In this document: piece by piece, positions 1 through 13,756 of the stretch
Position numbering within the stretch: the first letter of the stretch is position 1
Layout of the letters: the number at the start of each line of letters is the position of its first letter
Assembly (NCBI RefSeq): GCF_006345805.1
Contig: NC_042997.1
Location: 208,444,001-208,508,000 of the forward strand
DNA length: 64,000 bases
DNA from: Octopus sinensis
Taxonomy: Eukaryota
Direction: 5' to 3'
The notes under the pieces: model-generated
Told to the model about the DNA's origin: nothing
Databases searched by the model: none
Seen by the model: the letters and a program-made list of their open reading frames with translations, nothing else
Program-made: the position numbers and the translations under genes

Positions 1-318
1 CTTACTGCCACAAACATTGTTTATTAATTATACACAACACGGCTGTAAATAATAAAGATTTCAAATAATGAAATATTTTATTAACTAATTATCATCTCTA
101 AGTAATTTCAAGCAGGTAATGAGGTTTCGAAGGTGTCTACTGAACTAAGATTCAGAATTAGGACAAGGAATGTAAATCAAGTCTTGATTTGGACGCATAC
201 ATACATATGCATGGCCAGCGATGAGCAACACACATCTCGCGCGCGCTCGCGTGTGTAATCTATACATACACACTCACACACATATATATATATGTATACA
301 TATATTATATATATATAG

Positions 319-370
<52 letters not shown>

Positions 371-371
371 G

Positions 372-746
372 GATGGGAAGCACTACGTCGGTTACGACGA
401 CGAGGGTTCCGGTTGATCCGATCAACGGATCAGCCTGCTCGTGAAATTAACGTGTAAGTGGCTGAGCACTCCACAGACACGTGCACCCTTAACGTAGTTC
501 TCAGGGATATTCACGTGACACAGAGAGTGACAAGGCCGGCCCTTTGAAATACAGGTACGACAGAAACAGCAAGTAAGAGTGAGAGAAAGTTGTGGTGAAA
601 GAGTACAGCAGGGATCACCACCATCCCCTGCCGGAGCCTCGTGGAGTTTTTAGGTGTTTTCGCTCAATAAACACTCACAACGCCCGGTCTTCGAATCGAA
701 ACCGCGATCCTATGACCGCGAGTCCGCTGCCCTAACCACTGGGCCA
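372..746 (-). mobile_element. tRNA-derived SINE (head family A, resembling octopus OR-type SINEs)
   Basis: Minus strand begins TGGCCCAGTGGTTAGGGCAGCGG (A box) and GGTTTCGATTCG (B box), followed by a body shared with copies at 7911-8287, 9400-9668 and 10771-11209. Confidence 0.8.
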
Positions 747-1314
747 TAGATATTGTGTTGTGTCTGGGGAGAATCATTCTCTTTCTGTGCCTTATAATAT
801 AACAGACTCACCAGTAAAATTTCCACTTTTTCTTATTTTTATTTTCCTAAAATTTTCGTTGCATCTTGCATCCTTTTCAATAGTCTTGACTCTGTCCCTT
901 ATTTACTCTGCGTTCCTTTTTTGTTTGTTTGCGCGCATGTGTGTCGGGTCAGTGTGTGTGTGTGTCTATGCATGCATGTATGTATGTATGTGTGTATGTA
1001 TGTATGTATGTATGTATGTATGTATGAATGTATGTATGAATGAATGTGTGTGTATGTATATATGTATGTGTGTGCATTTGTATGTATGTATTTTGCATAT
1101 TCATGTGCTTGCATGTCCGTGTTTGTGTATTTTCTATGTATGTGTGTGAGAGCGTATGTTTGTATACGTATGCACCTCTGTCTCCTTGTGTGTGCATGTC
1201 TGTGTGTGTGTATATAGATCATATATATATATATATATGATATATATATATATATAATATATATATATACACATCCATATATATATGTATGTGTGTATAT
1301 AATGTATATATATG

Positions 1315-1355
<41 letters not shown>

Positions 1356-1469
1356 GTGCATATATAATATATATATATACATACATATGTATGTAGCTCG
1401 TAAGCGTTCGTATGATTTTATGCATCCCACACGCAGCAATAACCTGTTATAAAAGGACATAGCTTTACT

Positions 1470-1740
1470 ACCAGACACGATATCATTGCAACAGTTTATA
1501 TTCGTGAGAGCATCGTGGGCCGATATTTACGCTTCTGACAGTAATTAGCCTCTTCTCATTCTGACATGTCAGCTAATTTTTGGTAGATATTCCAATATAT
1601 CAGTCTGTTATTCTATAGACATTAGTGTTGGGTTTTAACGCCATAAAACACTGGATTCTGTTCGGCATAAACATGGTTGTCTTGTTGAAAGTTTGATCGG
1701 CATTTATGGAAGCCATTAACTTCTGACTGAACTTTCATAA
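1470..1740 (-). mobile_element. Possible decayed LINE apurinic-endonuclease fragment
   Basis: Minus-strand translation with stops (YRITD*YIGIS...VRSVNIGPRCSHEYKLL) loosely resembles the C-terminal motifs of an APE domain. Weak by-eye match. Confidence 0.3.
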
Positions 1741-2079
1741 ATACAGACACACGCTTACGCACACATTACACCACACGCAAAGAAACACGAACACTCACAT
1801 ACAAACATACATACACACTCACGTACGCCCACATATGCACACGCATAGAGAGACAAATATTCTCATGCATTCATACGCAAATACGCACAGCAGAACATAC
1901 ACACACACATGCACACACTTTCTTGTATATTTAAACGTGTATATATATATTCGTGTATGTTTATACAGACACACATACAGACACATTGATATATTTTTGT
2001 GTGCCAGTATCTGTGTGGTAAGTATATGTGAGTGTGTAGGAATGTAAGACTATATATATATATTCTTTTATTCTTTTAT

Positions 2080-2290
2080 TCTTTTACTGGTTTCAGTCAT
2101 TTGACTGCGGCCATGCTGGAGCACCGTCGTTTTTAGTCGAGCAAATCGACCCCAGGAATTATTCTTTGTAAGCCTAGGACTTATTCTATCGGTCTTTTTT
2201 GCCGAACGGCTAAGTTACGGGGACGTAAACACACCAGCATCGGTTGTCAAGCGATAATGGGGGGGACAAACACAGACACACACACACACA
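2080..2290 (-). mobile_element. 3' half of SINE family B
   Basis: Reverse complement of the tail GGCGGTGCTCCAGCATGGCCGCAGTCAAATGACTGAAAC seen in full copies at 8723-9112 and 26114-26491. Confidence 0.8.
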
Positions 2291-2329
2291 ACACCACATA
2301 CACACACACCACACACACCACAACACACA

Positions 2330-2360
<31 letters not shown>

Positions 2361-2384
2361 CATAATATATATATATATATATAT

Positions 2385-2550
2385 AATACTACACATTCGT
2401 TATTTTCTTTCCTTGTTTCTTTCTATAGAAGAGCGTAGGCTCGAAACGTAAAAGACTTTTTCACTTCCCGAGCGTTATACTAATACATCTGTTTGTTGTC
2501 TACACCACTTGTCTTCGTCTTTTGCTGTTGTTTTTTATGAATTCTCCCTA
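2385..2550 (+). mobile_element. ~177-bp Penelope pseudo-LTR-like repeat with a degenerate minimal hammerhead (2419-2454)
   Basis: CUUU-CUAUAGA-A-GAGC(GUAG)GCUC-GAAA-CG-UA-AAAG. Homologous to 12850-13020, 23462-23902 and 62768-63022. Flanked by (TA)n. Confidence 0.6.
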
Positions 2551-3227
2551 TAATATATATATATATATATATTATATATAGAGATATAGAGAGAGAGAGA
2601 GAGAGAGAGAGTGAGAGAGAGAGAGAGAAATACAAAAAATGGGACAAGAACGCAAAACATCCAGACAGACGATGCAAAAAAGAAACAAGAAAAAACACTG
2701 ATGGGTCATTCGAAGTTTTCTCTTTCCTCAGTCGAGTTCCAGATTATCTTTGCAATTTCGGCTGGTTATATATATATTATATATATACATATACATATAT
2801 ACATACATACACAGAATCGTATAGAGCTAAGATCTTTGACGGATGGAGGTTGTTACATATATACAATTATCCAAAGCTACATGCATTCAAAATATTCAAA
2901 CACACAAACAACAACGAACACACCTCTCGACACACACAGACACATAATCACTTGTTCAACAAAGTTATGATATTTACATGACTCTATCGAAACTCACCCT
3001 TTTTCTTGTTTTTTTTTACTCTGTCTCTCCTCTCTATCCTCTTTTATCAAGCGTGTTGGCCAAGCCTTATCCATTTCCGTTATCCCTACTTTCCACAGAC
3101 ATTTAACCCTTATATAGGAGTTGGATCTCTTCACCAAAATGATGGTATCAAATCTTGGCACAAGGCCAGCAATTTCAGGGTAGTCGGCAAGACGATTACA
3201 CCGACCCTAGTATTCAACTCGTACTTA

Positions 3228-3670
3228 TTCGTTTCTATTCTAGGTACAAGGCCCGAAATTTGGGGGGAGAGGCTAGTCAATTAGATCGACCCAGTACGCA
3301 ACTGGTACTTAATTTAACGACCCCGAAAGGATGAAAAGCAAAGTCGACCTCGGCTGAACTTGAACTCAGAACGTAAAGACAGGCGAAATACTGCTAAGCA
3401 TTTCGTCTGGCGTGCTAACGTTTCTGCCAGCTCACTGCCTTCTCAATTGATATTTATTTTATCGACCTCGACAGAATTTAAATTTAACACAAAATAATAA
3501 CTAGAAATAATGGTATCAAATTTTGGCGCAGACCGAACAGTTTTTGAGGGGCAAGTCGATTACATCCATTTTATTAGCCCCGAAAGTCTACCTTGGTCGA
3601 ATTTGAACTCAGAACGTAACGACATAAAGAGAGACAAAGTCGTGCTAACGATTCTGCCAGCTCGCCACCT
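3228..3670 (-). mobile_element. Two adjacent tRNA-derived SINEs with a Meta-domain-like centre (3228-3442 and partial 3505-3670)
   Basis: Minus strand GGCAGAAACGTTAGC (A-box-like) ... GAGTTCAAGTTC (B-box-like), then GTCGACTTTGCTTTTCATCCTTTCGGGGTCG...AAGTACCAG, matching my recollection of the MetaSINE central domain. Confidence 0.75.
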
Positions 3671-3751
3671 TCAGTATAACTCGAAGAAACAACGAAATCA
3701 ATTTTCTGTCTGAAGCTGCTGTCTTTTAAAAAAGAGAAGGACCCACTAGAG

Positions 3752-4058
3752 CAATGGTTCTTAACTGGGGTCCATATAATCCCTCAGAGTCACGAAACAA
3801 AATATCAAATTGGGGATCCACAATAATATTTTAAGGGCCCCTGAAAAATACCGCGTTAGATGTATGTTTTGGTATGTATTGCAAGAAACAGTGAGGTTTC
3901 TATCTCTAAATTAGTTCAAACAACACAAGTTAATATATAAAAAACAAACTAGGAATTTTGAAAAAACTATCAACAAAACTAATTCTTAAACATCAAATGG
4001 CGATGAGAATAAAACTGTAATCGATGGGGTCCCTGGATAAAATGGCTGAGAACCTTTG
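3752..4058. mobile_element. Non-autonomous hAT (Charlie-like) MITE
   Basis: Imperfect TIRs CAATGGTTCTTAAC ... GCTGAGAACCTTTG. 8-bp TSD CACTAGAG (3744-3751) / AACTAGAG (4059-4066). Confidence 0.75.
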
Positions 4059-4468
4059 AACTAGAGTATGTAGTTCTAGCCTGTCTTTTCTAAGTTGCTC
4101 ATACGAGTATTTTTGCTAGGCTTACGTAATAGGTACCAGCCGTGAACCACGGTGGCTTTCTGACTAAATTAGTAAATATTGGAACCATTAATCGACAGCA
4201 CCCTTCTCGGACAAAGGGTGGCGAGATAATTCCAGATTCGTCTGGCCCGATGTGGTTTATCTCGTTAAGATTAACGCTTATAATGTCATATATCATTTAT
4301 ATTATAATCTTAGCTTAGAATTATACACACACTTATATTTAGAGATATGCATTACAACATTTATATGCATTGTGTAAATGTGTGCGCGTATATATATATA
4401 TATGTATATATATATATGTATATATTATCTAATGTGCTGTATGTGTGTGTGGTGTGTGTGTGTGTATG

Positions 4469-4500
<32 letters not shown>

Positions 4501-4838
4501 TGTATGTATGTATGCATGCATGTATGTATGTGCGTGTATGTACACGTATGTATAAAACTGGATATATAGCATATGCACTTTTGAACCGATGTCCATATGA
4601 ATGTCTGCTTTGTACGTACGTATTTATGTATGTATATTCATGTATTGTGTGTGAATGTGTGGGTCGACGTGTGTCTGTATATGTCTACTACATTTTCTAA
4701 CCGTATATTTCAATCATCGTTCCAAAAAATAAAAACTTAATCTTATCTTAAACATCTTTATTAACAATATACGCATAATATCTAAACATATACGTACGTC
4801 CATACACACACACACAAACGCACGCTTACAGAAGCATG

Positions 4839-4873
<35 letters not shown>

Positions 4874-5339
4874 TATATATATATATATATATATAATATA
4901 TATATATATATCTATATATATATATATATATTATAGGCATTTATTATGTATGTATAACACAAGCACACAAATGCAAACAGTAGACAAATACCACAACTGC
5001 GAACGCACCATATGAATTTTGACTTTTCTTTTCCAGAGTTTAGCCGAAAGAACACTGATGCTAAAATCTTTGCTATTGACCTTATGGAATTGTAAAATTA
5101 ATATTCTCATAGTTATTTCAAATTATCAACTATCTTTAAATTTTATTCTCCCTTATTCCATACAACTTTCCTTCTCCGTCTTACCTTCTCCCCGGCTTTA
5201 TCTCTCTTCTTCATTTCATTCGTTCGTGTTTGTTTCTTGTTGTATTCTTTGGAAGAAGGAAAGGGTGGGGGTGGAGTTTGTGGCTTATTTGCTGTAGTTG
5301 TATTTCTACTTGTTTGGTATTTGCTGTTTTTAATTTTGC

Positions 5340-5373
<34 letters not shown>

Positions 5374-5394
5374 GTTCTTGTAGTTGTTGTTGTC

Positions 5395-5439
<45 letters not shown>

Positions 5440-5544
5440 TTAAATTTAAATAAATCAAATAGGCCGGCCAACACAGAAGAAAAAAACAATGTTTAGAATA
5501 AAAATTACTACCTCAACAACAGCAGCAACAACCAACAATAACGA

Positions 5545-5669
<125 letters not shown>

Positions 5670-5965
5670 TTCTTTAATATCAACCTATACATCAACTTAA
5701 TACTGCCACGCGAAAAACACCAAAAATATATGCAGCGGCTAAAAATGAACAACAACAACAACAGCGAAAACAACAACAGCAAGTAGAACAACAACAACAA
5801 CAGCAACAACAACAACAAGAACAATAGCAACAGAAGCAAAAACAACGTGAGCAAAGACGCGAGATATGCCCGCGAAATATAGTGAATATATGAATAATGA
5901 TTTATAGTTGCCGCAAGATGGCGCTGTCTTTACAGAATCGCTAAAACTCGAATCACACAATACAT

Positions 5966-6033
<68 letters not shown>

Positions 6034-6321
6034 CCATGTTTTATTATTTTATATTATATTATATTATTTATTATATATATATATATATAATATATATATT
6101 ATATATGGTGTGTGTGTATATTAAATATAAAACGACAAGAACAAAATGGAAGATAGAATAGAAACAGACAGTGTTATGGTTTGTTTTGGTTTGTTTTTGT
6201 TGGTTTTTTTTTTGGTGGGGGCATATTTTTTTCTTGATTATTTCGTTGTTTTGATTTTATGTGTGATACTGTTTTACATTGGCTCTTTATACACATACAC
6301 AAAAACAAGTGTGTGTGTGTG

Positions 6322-6419
<98 letters not shown>

Positions 6420-6884
6420 TCTTATTTATTTCTATACGCATAGCAATCCAATAAAATATGGCAACGGGGTGTCTGCGAGGATTATTAATCTACGGAACTG
6501 AGGTCTGGAATAATTTTCAGTTAAGTCTCCAAAGAATTCAGAAAACTTTAAGGATTCGATATATTAATGTGCATGTATATACACGCGTGTGTGTATTTGT
6601 ATATAATTGTTTATCTGTATAGGTGTACGTATACGTATATATATGTGAGTGTATATATATGTGTGTGTGTATATATATATTTGTATATATATATATATTT
6701 GTATATATATATATATATATATATTTGTATATATATATATTATATATGTACATATATATGCGTGTATATATATGTCTGTGTATGTTTGTGTGTGCACATG
6801 TTTCTCTCTCCATCTTTTATATATAACATATATATATATGTGTGTGTTTGTGTGTATGTATGTATGCATGCATGTATGTATGTG

Positions 6885-6918
<34 letters not shown>

Positions 6919-7764
6919 ATATATGCATATATCCGTAGTGTATATATAATTAAAAAAACTTTAGGGAGTTGAACAGCGTGTCCTCTGTGTGTGTGTATAC
7001 GCGCGCGCGTATGTTTGAGCGTGTGTGTAGTCGTGTGGGTGTGTGTGTGTGTGTGTATGCATGTGCATGTGTGCACGTAGGGGTGTGTGTGTGAGTATAA
7101 GAGAATATTACACCCATGAATGTTAAATACAGCATATTGCAACTCAAGTAATCGAAGCCAAAAGGTCGCCAAAAGTGCTCAACAATCACTACGACCAAAG
7201 TCAACATGTCGGCTAATAGAATAAGTATCTAATAACTTTGCAAATTACACAAACAAAAAACAGTATTGAATGTCTGTTGCGTAATAACATAAAATCAAAA
7301 GTGGTTGTTGTTATTGATGTTGATGTTGTTGTTATCGTTGTTGGTTTTATTGTTGCTGTTGTTATTTAGCTCCAAGGCAATAATAATCTAATAGAATGTG
7401 ATGAAAAACGTTCTACTTCTGACCACCCCATCTAATTCCTTCTGATCCAGTATATCTAGGTAGAGACTTTCCTGTGTGATTTGTAAACCGGACACTCAGA
7501 AGTATTCGGATTTAAGACTAACAGAGATGCCTCTAGCTTTCTTCACATTTCCGTCTCTAGGTTCCCATCTTGGTTTGAACTCTTAACCTCAAACTTTGTA
7601 AGGTGAGGATTTTTCCAAATTAGCAACCTCACAAAAGATATTCTCTGCTTTTCTGAACAGGAATTTCAAAATCTTGTTATATTTCGGGAAGGTCATTATG
7701 GCAATAATAAACACACGCACTGGTTCTATTTCACATATATTATTATTATAAGTAATAATTCACG

Positions 7765-8620
7765 GGATATTTGACGGCGTAATTCACTACAGTTCGTCCT
7801 GGACGGTCGAGCTGTCAATGCCAACTTGTACCCCAAACAACTAGAGCAGGTGTATGCCATTGTGCAGCAAAAGTACCCGGCATTGGTTAACCGAACTTGA
7901 GCTCTGCTGCTGTTGCTGTTGTTGAGTGAACGGTCTTCGTCCCAGAGCTCGCAAGATGGGAGAAGTCCGAAACGTGGTCCTTTGCTATTCGTAAGACCCG
8001 CAGAAGAGAAAGCAGGTCAACCCCCGACACCGAGAGCATCGACAGATGGATGAATGCGCATTCAGGCTTAGCGGTTGCGTAGGAAGTCGGGGACAAGAAA
8101 CAGAAGAAAGAGTGAGAGAAGTTGGGGTGAAAGTGTACAACAGTGGTCGCCACCCACCTCCTGCCGGAGCCTCGTGGAGCATTAGGTGTTTTCGCTCAAT
8201 AAACACACACACGCTCGGTCTGGGAATCGAAACCGCGATCCTCCGACCGCGAGTCCGCTGCCCTAACCATTGGGCCATTGCGCCTCCAGCTCTGCTGCAG
8301 CGAGACAACGCTAGACCTCATACTGCTCGAACGACCCGGAATAAACTCCTGGAGTTGAGGAAATGGAACTGATGCCACACCCAGCATATAGAGAAGACCT
8401 TGCTCGCTCGAATTATCACTGGTTCCGGTCTATGGCTACTTCCTGTGCTCAACAATGCTTCATCAACCGAGAAGAGATGGAAGCTTCAATGAAGGAATTC
8501 TTCACTTCGAAGAACAAGAACTGGCATCAACATGGGAGCAAAAACCAGGCAGAAAAGGGGCTTCAGACAATCCAACACGGTGGCCTCTACTTCGAATGTT
8601 GTGAAATAAAAATGTTATCA
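7765..8620 (+). mobile_element. Decayed mariner transposase C-terminal fragment, split by a SINE
   Basis: Translation gives ...AVNANLYPKQLEQV...[SINE]...LLQRDNARPHTAR...HPAYREDLARSNYHWFRSM, matching the mariner DNARPH and HPxYSPDLAPSDY motifs. Confidence 0.85.
7911..8287 (-). mobile_element. SINE family A with (CAA)n-like tail and 11-bp TSD
   Basis: TSD AGCTCTGCTGC at 7900-7910 and 8288-8298. tRNA-like head GGAGGCGCAATGGCCCAATGGTTAGGGCAGCGG on the minus strand. Confidence 0.85.
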
Positions 8621-8722
8621 AAATACAGTTCAATATTTAAGAGATGTGGAATTATGTACATCATTTTCATTATTTGCATTATTCAGATTTGACGAATATT
8701 TGTCCTCATCTTGTTTGTTGTT

Positions 8723-9112
8723 GGCGGAGGAGTGGCTGTGTTGTAAGTGGCTTGCTTACCAGCCACATGGTACCGGGTTCAGTCCCACTGAGTGGCACCT
8801 TGGGCAAGTGTCTTCTACAATAACCTCGGGCCGACCAAAGCCTTATGAGTGGATTTGGTAGATGGAAACTGAAAGAATCCCGTCGTATATGTGTATATAT
8901 GTATATGTATGTATATGTTTGTGTCTATGTTTGTCCCCAACATCGCTTGACAACCGATGCTGGTGTGTTTACGTCCCCGTAACCTAGCGGTTCGCCAAGA
9001 GAGACCGATAGAATAAGTACTAGGCTTACAAAGAATAAGTCCTGGGGTCGATCTGCTCGACAAGAGGCGGTGTTCCAGCATGGCCGCAGTCAAATGACTG
9101 AAACAAATAAAA
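8723..9112 (+). mobile_element. SINE family B (resembling octopus OK-type SINE)
   Basis: tRNA-like head GGAGTGGCTGTG...GGGTTCAGTCCCA, internal TA/TG tract, and CR1-like 3' tail stem-loop. Confidence 0.85.
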
Positions 9113-9399
9113 CAACATGTAAATAATGAAAATAATGTTATCAAAATATTGCAAAACTTCCGACCCAACACAATATTCTTAATCAATACCTTGACATTTA
9201 ACCAATTAACAAATCGATTATTTGATTAATCGTTCAGTCAACGAATCAATCAACTGGGTTTGTTAAACTCCTTTCATCGCCATTCGCAACTTCATCAATA
9301 ACATGCCCTGCTGGAGATATAATCAGATTATCTTTTATTATAACAAAGATACAATCAATCGACAGGTCAACCGATCGAATCTGCATTAGGCTATTGTTG

Positions 9400-9668
9400 T
9401 TTTGTTTGTTTGTTCCTTCTCGAGCTATACCTGGCTCATAAGGACCGGTTTGCCGGTTTCCTTGGCGTATAGGATTCCACACCTGGACGGGACGCCGGTC
9501 CATCGCAGGTGAGCTGCAAGATGCAGGAGAAAAGAATGAGAGAAAGTTGTGGCGAAAGAGTCAGCAGAAGTTCGCCATTACCTTCTGCACACATCGCCCG
9601 GTCTGAGATTCGAACCCACAATCCCTCGACTGCGAATCCGCTGCTCTAAACACTAGGCTATGTGCCCC
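9400..9668 (-). mobile_element. SINE family A copy
   Basis: Same head as 372-746. Tail shared with 10771-11209. Confidence 0.75.
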
Positions 9669-9689
9669 ACACACTAAATAATGCTTCCT

Positions 9690-9930
9690 TTTAAAGCCTA
9701 GCCAGGCTCATGGGCCCGGTTTCCCCGTTTCTATGGTATGTGTGTTCCCCAACTATAATACGGGACGCCAGTCCATCGCAGCGTTACTCATTTTTGCAGC
9801 TGAGTGGATTGAGCAACGTGAAATGAAGTGTTTTTTGCTCAGAAAACAAACGCGTCGCCCGGTCCAGGAATCAAAACCACAATTTTACGATCATGATGCT
9901 GACACCCTAACCACTAAGCGACGCGCCTCC
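9690..9930 (-). mobile_element. tRNA-derived SINE with CORE-like body
   Basis: Minus strand GGAGGCGCGTCGCTTAGTGGTTAGGG head, then TGAGCAAAAAACACTTCATTTCACGTTGCTC. A related fragment lies at 18440-18590. Confidence 0.65.
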
Positions 9931-10202
9931 ACATTAGGCTATCTATTTATATGTAACACACGGACGGCAAAGCCGAATGATAGCCAAGTGACCCCTACAT
10001 AGCATGTGGCCTTTCCGATTACAAGTACAATCTATCCGACGGGCTTCAACATAGTTTCCATTGTCTGAGTTCCATTTTCAAGGTGTCATACAAATAGATT
10101 GAACTCGGCACCCCTCAACATTGTGAAGTTAAACTTTAAACAGTTCAGCCAGACATTGACAGGTGCACACTTATATATTAATGCTAACATTACACACACC
10201 GG

Positions 10203-10250
<48 letters not shown>

Positions 10251-10514
10251 TATATATATGTAATAATTGAGGTGTAATTTAATTTTTCATTTGAATGATA
10301 AAAGGTGGTTTTTATTATATATAATATATATGTATAATATTATAATAATAATTAATATATATAATATATAATAGAATATATATATATATATAATATATAG
10401 ATATATATAGATATATATATATATATATATATTATATATAATATATATAATTTGATGGTATAATTTAATTTTTCATTTGAATTGATAAAAGGTGTTTTTT
10501 TTTCTAATTTATAT

Positions 10515-10545
<31 letters not shown>

Positions 10546-10770
10546 ATGTTGTATTTGGGGATGGTCATGTTGCCAGTTTAGCCAATAAAAACACACGCAC
10601 TATATATTTAGTGTTTACTTGCTTCTGGTTTATTTTATATCAATTGTATTTCGGTCAGAGTTCTTTCGTCACACTTCTGAGACCTCATCAGTGGTCCTTT
10701 GCCTTCTATAATTTTCCTATCCTATATTAATTTTAAATATATATGTATATACATGTGTGTGTGTGTGTGT

Positions 10771-11209
10771 GGAGGCACATAGCCTAGTGGTTAGAGCAGC
10801 GGGCTCGCGGGTTCGAATCTCAGACCGGGTGATGTGTGTGTTTATAAGCGAAACACCTAAGTTCCACGCGACCCCGGCAGAAGGTTAAGTTAAGTTAAGT
10901 TATTTTTTGGCTCAAAAAGCAAAAAAAAAAAAAAGGCCATATAGGGGGACATGGAGTTATGTACAGGGAGGGTGTTCATGCAAAGAGTTCAGGCCATTTC
11001 TGGTCAAGAGAGACTTTGAACCGAGCGGTCGTCGGTAATGGCGAACTTCTTCTGATTCTTTCACCACAACATTCTCTCACTCTTTCTTCCTGCATCTTGG
11101 AGTCCACCTGCGACGGACCAGCGTCCCATCCAGGTGGGAAACCTATACGCTAAGGAAACCGGGGAAACCGGCCCTTATGAGCCAGGCATGGCTCGAGAAG
11201 GAACAAACA
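10771..11209 (+). mobile_element. SINE family A copy interrupted by a ~140-bp insert
   Basis: Head GGAGGCACATAGCCTAGTGGTTAGAGCAGCGG. Body resumes at TAATGGCGAACTTCT after an insert beginning with (TTAAG)n. Confidence 0.75.
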
Positions 11210-11326
11210 TATATATATATATGCAATTTGAGTACATATTAAATTTTATTAAACTTGAACAATATTTGCAAGCAATGAACAATTTTCATCAAAACGATAA
11301 ATATATATATATAATAATAATAATAA

Positions 11327-11372
<46 letters not shown>

Positions 11373-11785
11373 TAATAATAATATAATAATAATAGGGTAT
11401 ATAAGTTAGTATACCAGTGGCCTAGACAAAAAGACGAATTACTCATTAGACTATATATTATCATATAGAAATACAATAAGAGGATTCCAAATAAGGAAGC
11501 GTTGTGCTAGAACACGAAAGAGATAAATCATGAAAGGAATGAAAATTAAAAACATTGACCATCTCAAGGCCAGTTTCTTAAGGGGGACAACTTCATAATC
11601 CTGATGCACAGACTGTTAGAAACCATATGTAGATCTGAAGAAACTGGCCTTGGCAAATATATCTCGTTTGTTTGCTGAAAATAGTTAGAACCGTCGGTCT
11701 GGGATATGTTGAGATGGTTATTTATTTATATATATATATATATATAATATATTTAAGATTATATATATATATATATATATATATT

Positions 11786-12371
11786 ATGTGAAATAGAAAG
11801 ATGAATAATCTTGTTGAGATTAATCAAAAGTTAACCGATACCTTAGTAGCAAAAATCACACAGTAAAACAGACGGTGGAGGTACAACCATCTGGCGTTTG
11901 CAAACCGTGCGTTGGTGCGATAATTGAAATTAAAAAAATTATTGTGAATTGAAGAATGGAGCTGAACGCAGATTGAACAGAAACGTTTTATTTCATTCTA
12001 CACGTGTTTCGAAGGCACAAATTACCAAAATCGATTGAATAATGGGACCATATGTGTCTTTCTCTTCAGAAGAAAAAAGGAAATCCGTTAGAGAAAAAAA
12101 ACAGAACAGAGGCGGAGCAAAAACAATCGAACTATGCTCATAAGAGCCATGGGCTCTTAGGAGCATAGTTCGATTTGGTTTTTGCTCCGCCCTCTGTTCT
12201 TTTTGTTTCTCTAACGGATTTCCTTTTTTCTTCCTGAAGAGAAGACACATTGGTCCCATTATTCAATCGGATTTTGGAATTTGTGCCTTTTCGAACACGT
12301 GTAGAATGAAATAAACACGATTTCTGTTCAATCTGCGTTCAGCTCCATTTCTTCAATTCACCAATAATGTT
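11786..12371. mobile_element. Head-to-head pair of a hammerhead-bearing repeat (same family as 49670-50093)
   Basis: Inverted arms meet at CCATGG (12147-12152). Both outer ends run into (TA)n. Hammerhead motifs at 11992-12074 (-) and 12228-12310 (+), with small indels. Confidence 0.85.
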
Positions 12372-12509
12372 ATATATATATAGTATATATATATATATAA
12401 ATGCGGTGCCCCAGCATGGCCACAGCTCATAAGCTGAAACTAGAATCAATCAATCAATCAATATATATATATATTCAGTTATAAATATACGTATATGCAT
12501 GCATACACA

Positions 12510-12655
12510 TACGTTTCCGTCTACCAAATCCACTCACAAGACTTTAGTCGGCTCGAATCTACAGTAAAAGACACTTGTCCAAGGTGCCACGCAGTGGGAC
12601 TGAACCCGGAACCAAGTGGTTGGGAAGTAAACACTGCACCACACAGCCACGCCTA
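12510..12655 (-). mobile_element. 5' half of SINE family B
   Basis: Reverse complement of the head and body of 8723-9112. Confidence 0.75.
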
Positions 12656-12659
12656 CACC

Positions 12660-12709
<50 letters not shown>

Positions 12710-12849
12710 GATATATACATATCCACCCATACATACATACTTACATATAGATAGATACATAGATAGATGGATGGATAGACAGACAGACAAGTAGATAATT
12801 AGATAGACAGACAGGCAGGCAGACAAACGGACAGACAGGCGAACATGAT

Positions 12850-13020
12850 AGATCGCTAGCCACTAAACCTTTTACTATTTTCTCTCCCTGTTTATTTCTC
12901 CTTTCTGCTGAAGGGCGTAGGCTCGAAAGGTAAAAGTCTTTCTCACCTCTAGACCGTTAAACTAATACATCTGTTGTTTACACACCCGTCTTCGTCTTTT
13001 TTTTTTTTGTAAAATTCAAA
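12850..13020 (+). mobile_element. ~177-bp repeat with degenerate minimal hammerhead (12901-12936)
   Basis: CUUU-CUGCUGA-A-GGGC(GUAG)GCUC-GAAA-GG-UA-AAAG. Confidence 0.55.
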
Positions 13021-13109
13021 CAAGATAGATAGACAGACAGACAGACAGATAATTAGTCAAACAGGCAGACAGGCAGGCAGACAGACAGACAGATAAATAG
13101 ATAAGATAA

Positions 13110-13165
<56 letters not shown>

Positions 13166-13191
13166 GATAGACAGACAGACAGACAGACATG

Positions 13192-13285
<94 letters not shown>

Positions 13286-13714
13286 CATTATCTCAAGTAC
13301 ATATGCACACACACACACACACACACACTTGTAAAATTCTGTCAATGCATATAATATAAAATCCGATTCGTTCGTAATTCCTGTCCTTATTGTTGTTGCT
13401 GTTGTTGTTGTTATTGCAGCGGATGTTGTTTGTTGTTTTAGCGGTTACTGCTATTGTCTATTTATTTATTTGAACTTAATCGTCGCCCCTTCCCCTCAAA
13501 ACACAGTCCACCCCACCCCCACCCCCACCCCACCCCGCAACCCCCTGCACTTCAATCCTCATTACTCCAACCCTTTAACAAACAGATGTTATTCTAGAAC
13601 CCTGCTATTTTTGTCCCCTACATTGCGCCACGCCCTCCACGGAAACGCTGAAAGGCCAGTTACTGGTAGGGAGTCACTGAAGGAGCCCTTTCGGAGCATT
13701 TTTTCTTCCTTTCT

Positions 13715-13746
<32 letters not shown>

Positions 13747-13756
13747 TTCGTTATCA

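Noticed and set aside
700-746. tRNA genes at SINE heads
   Set aside because: A and B boxes are present but there is no complete cloverleaf, and each continues into a SINE body.
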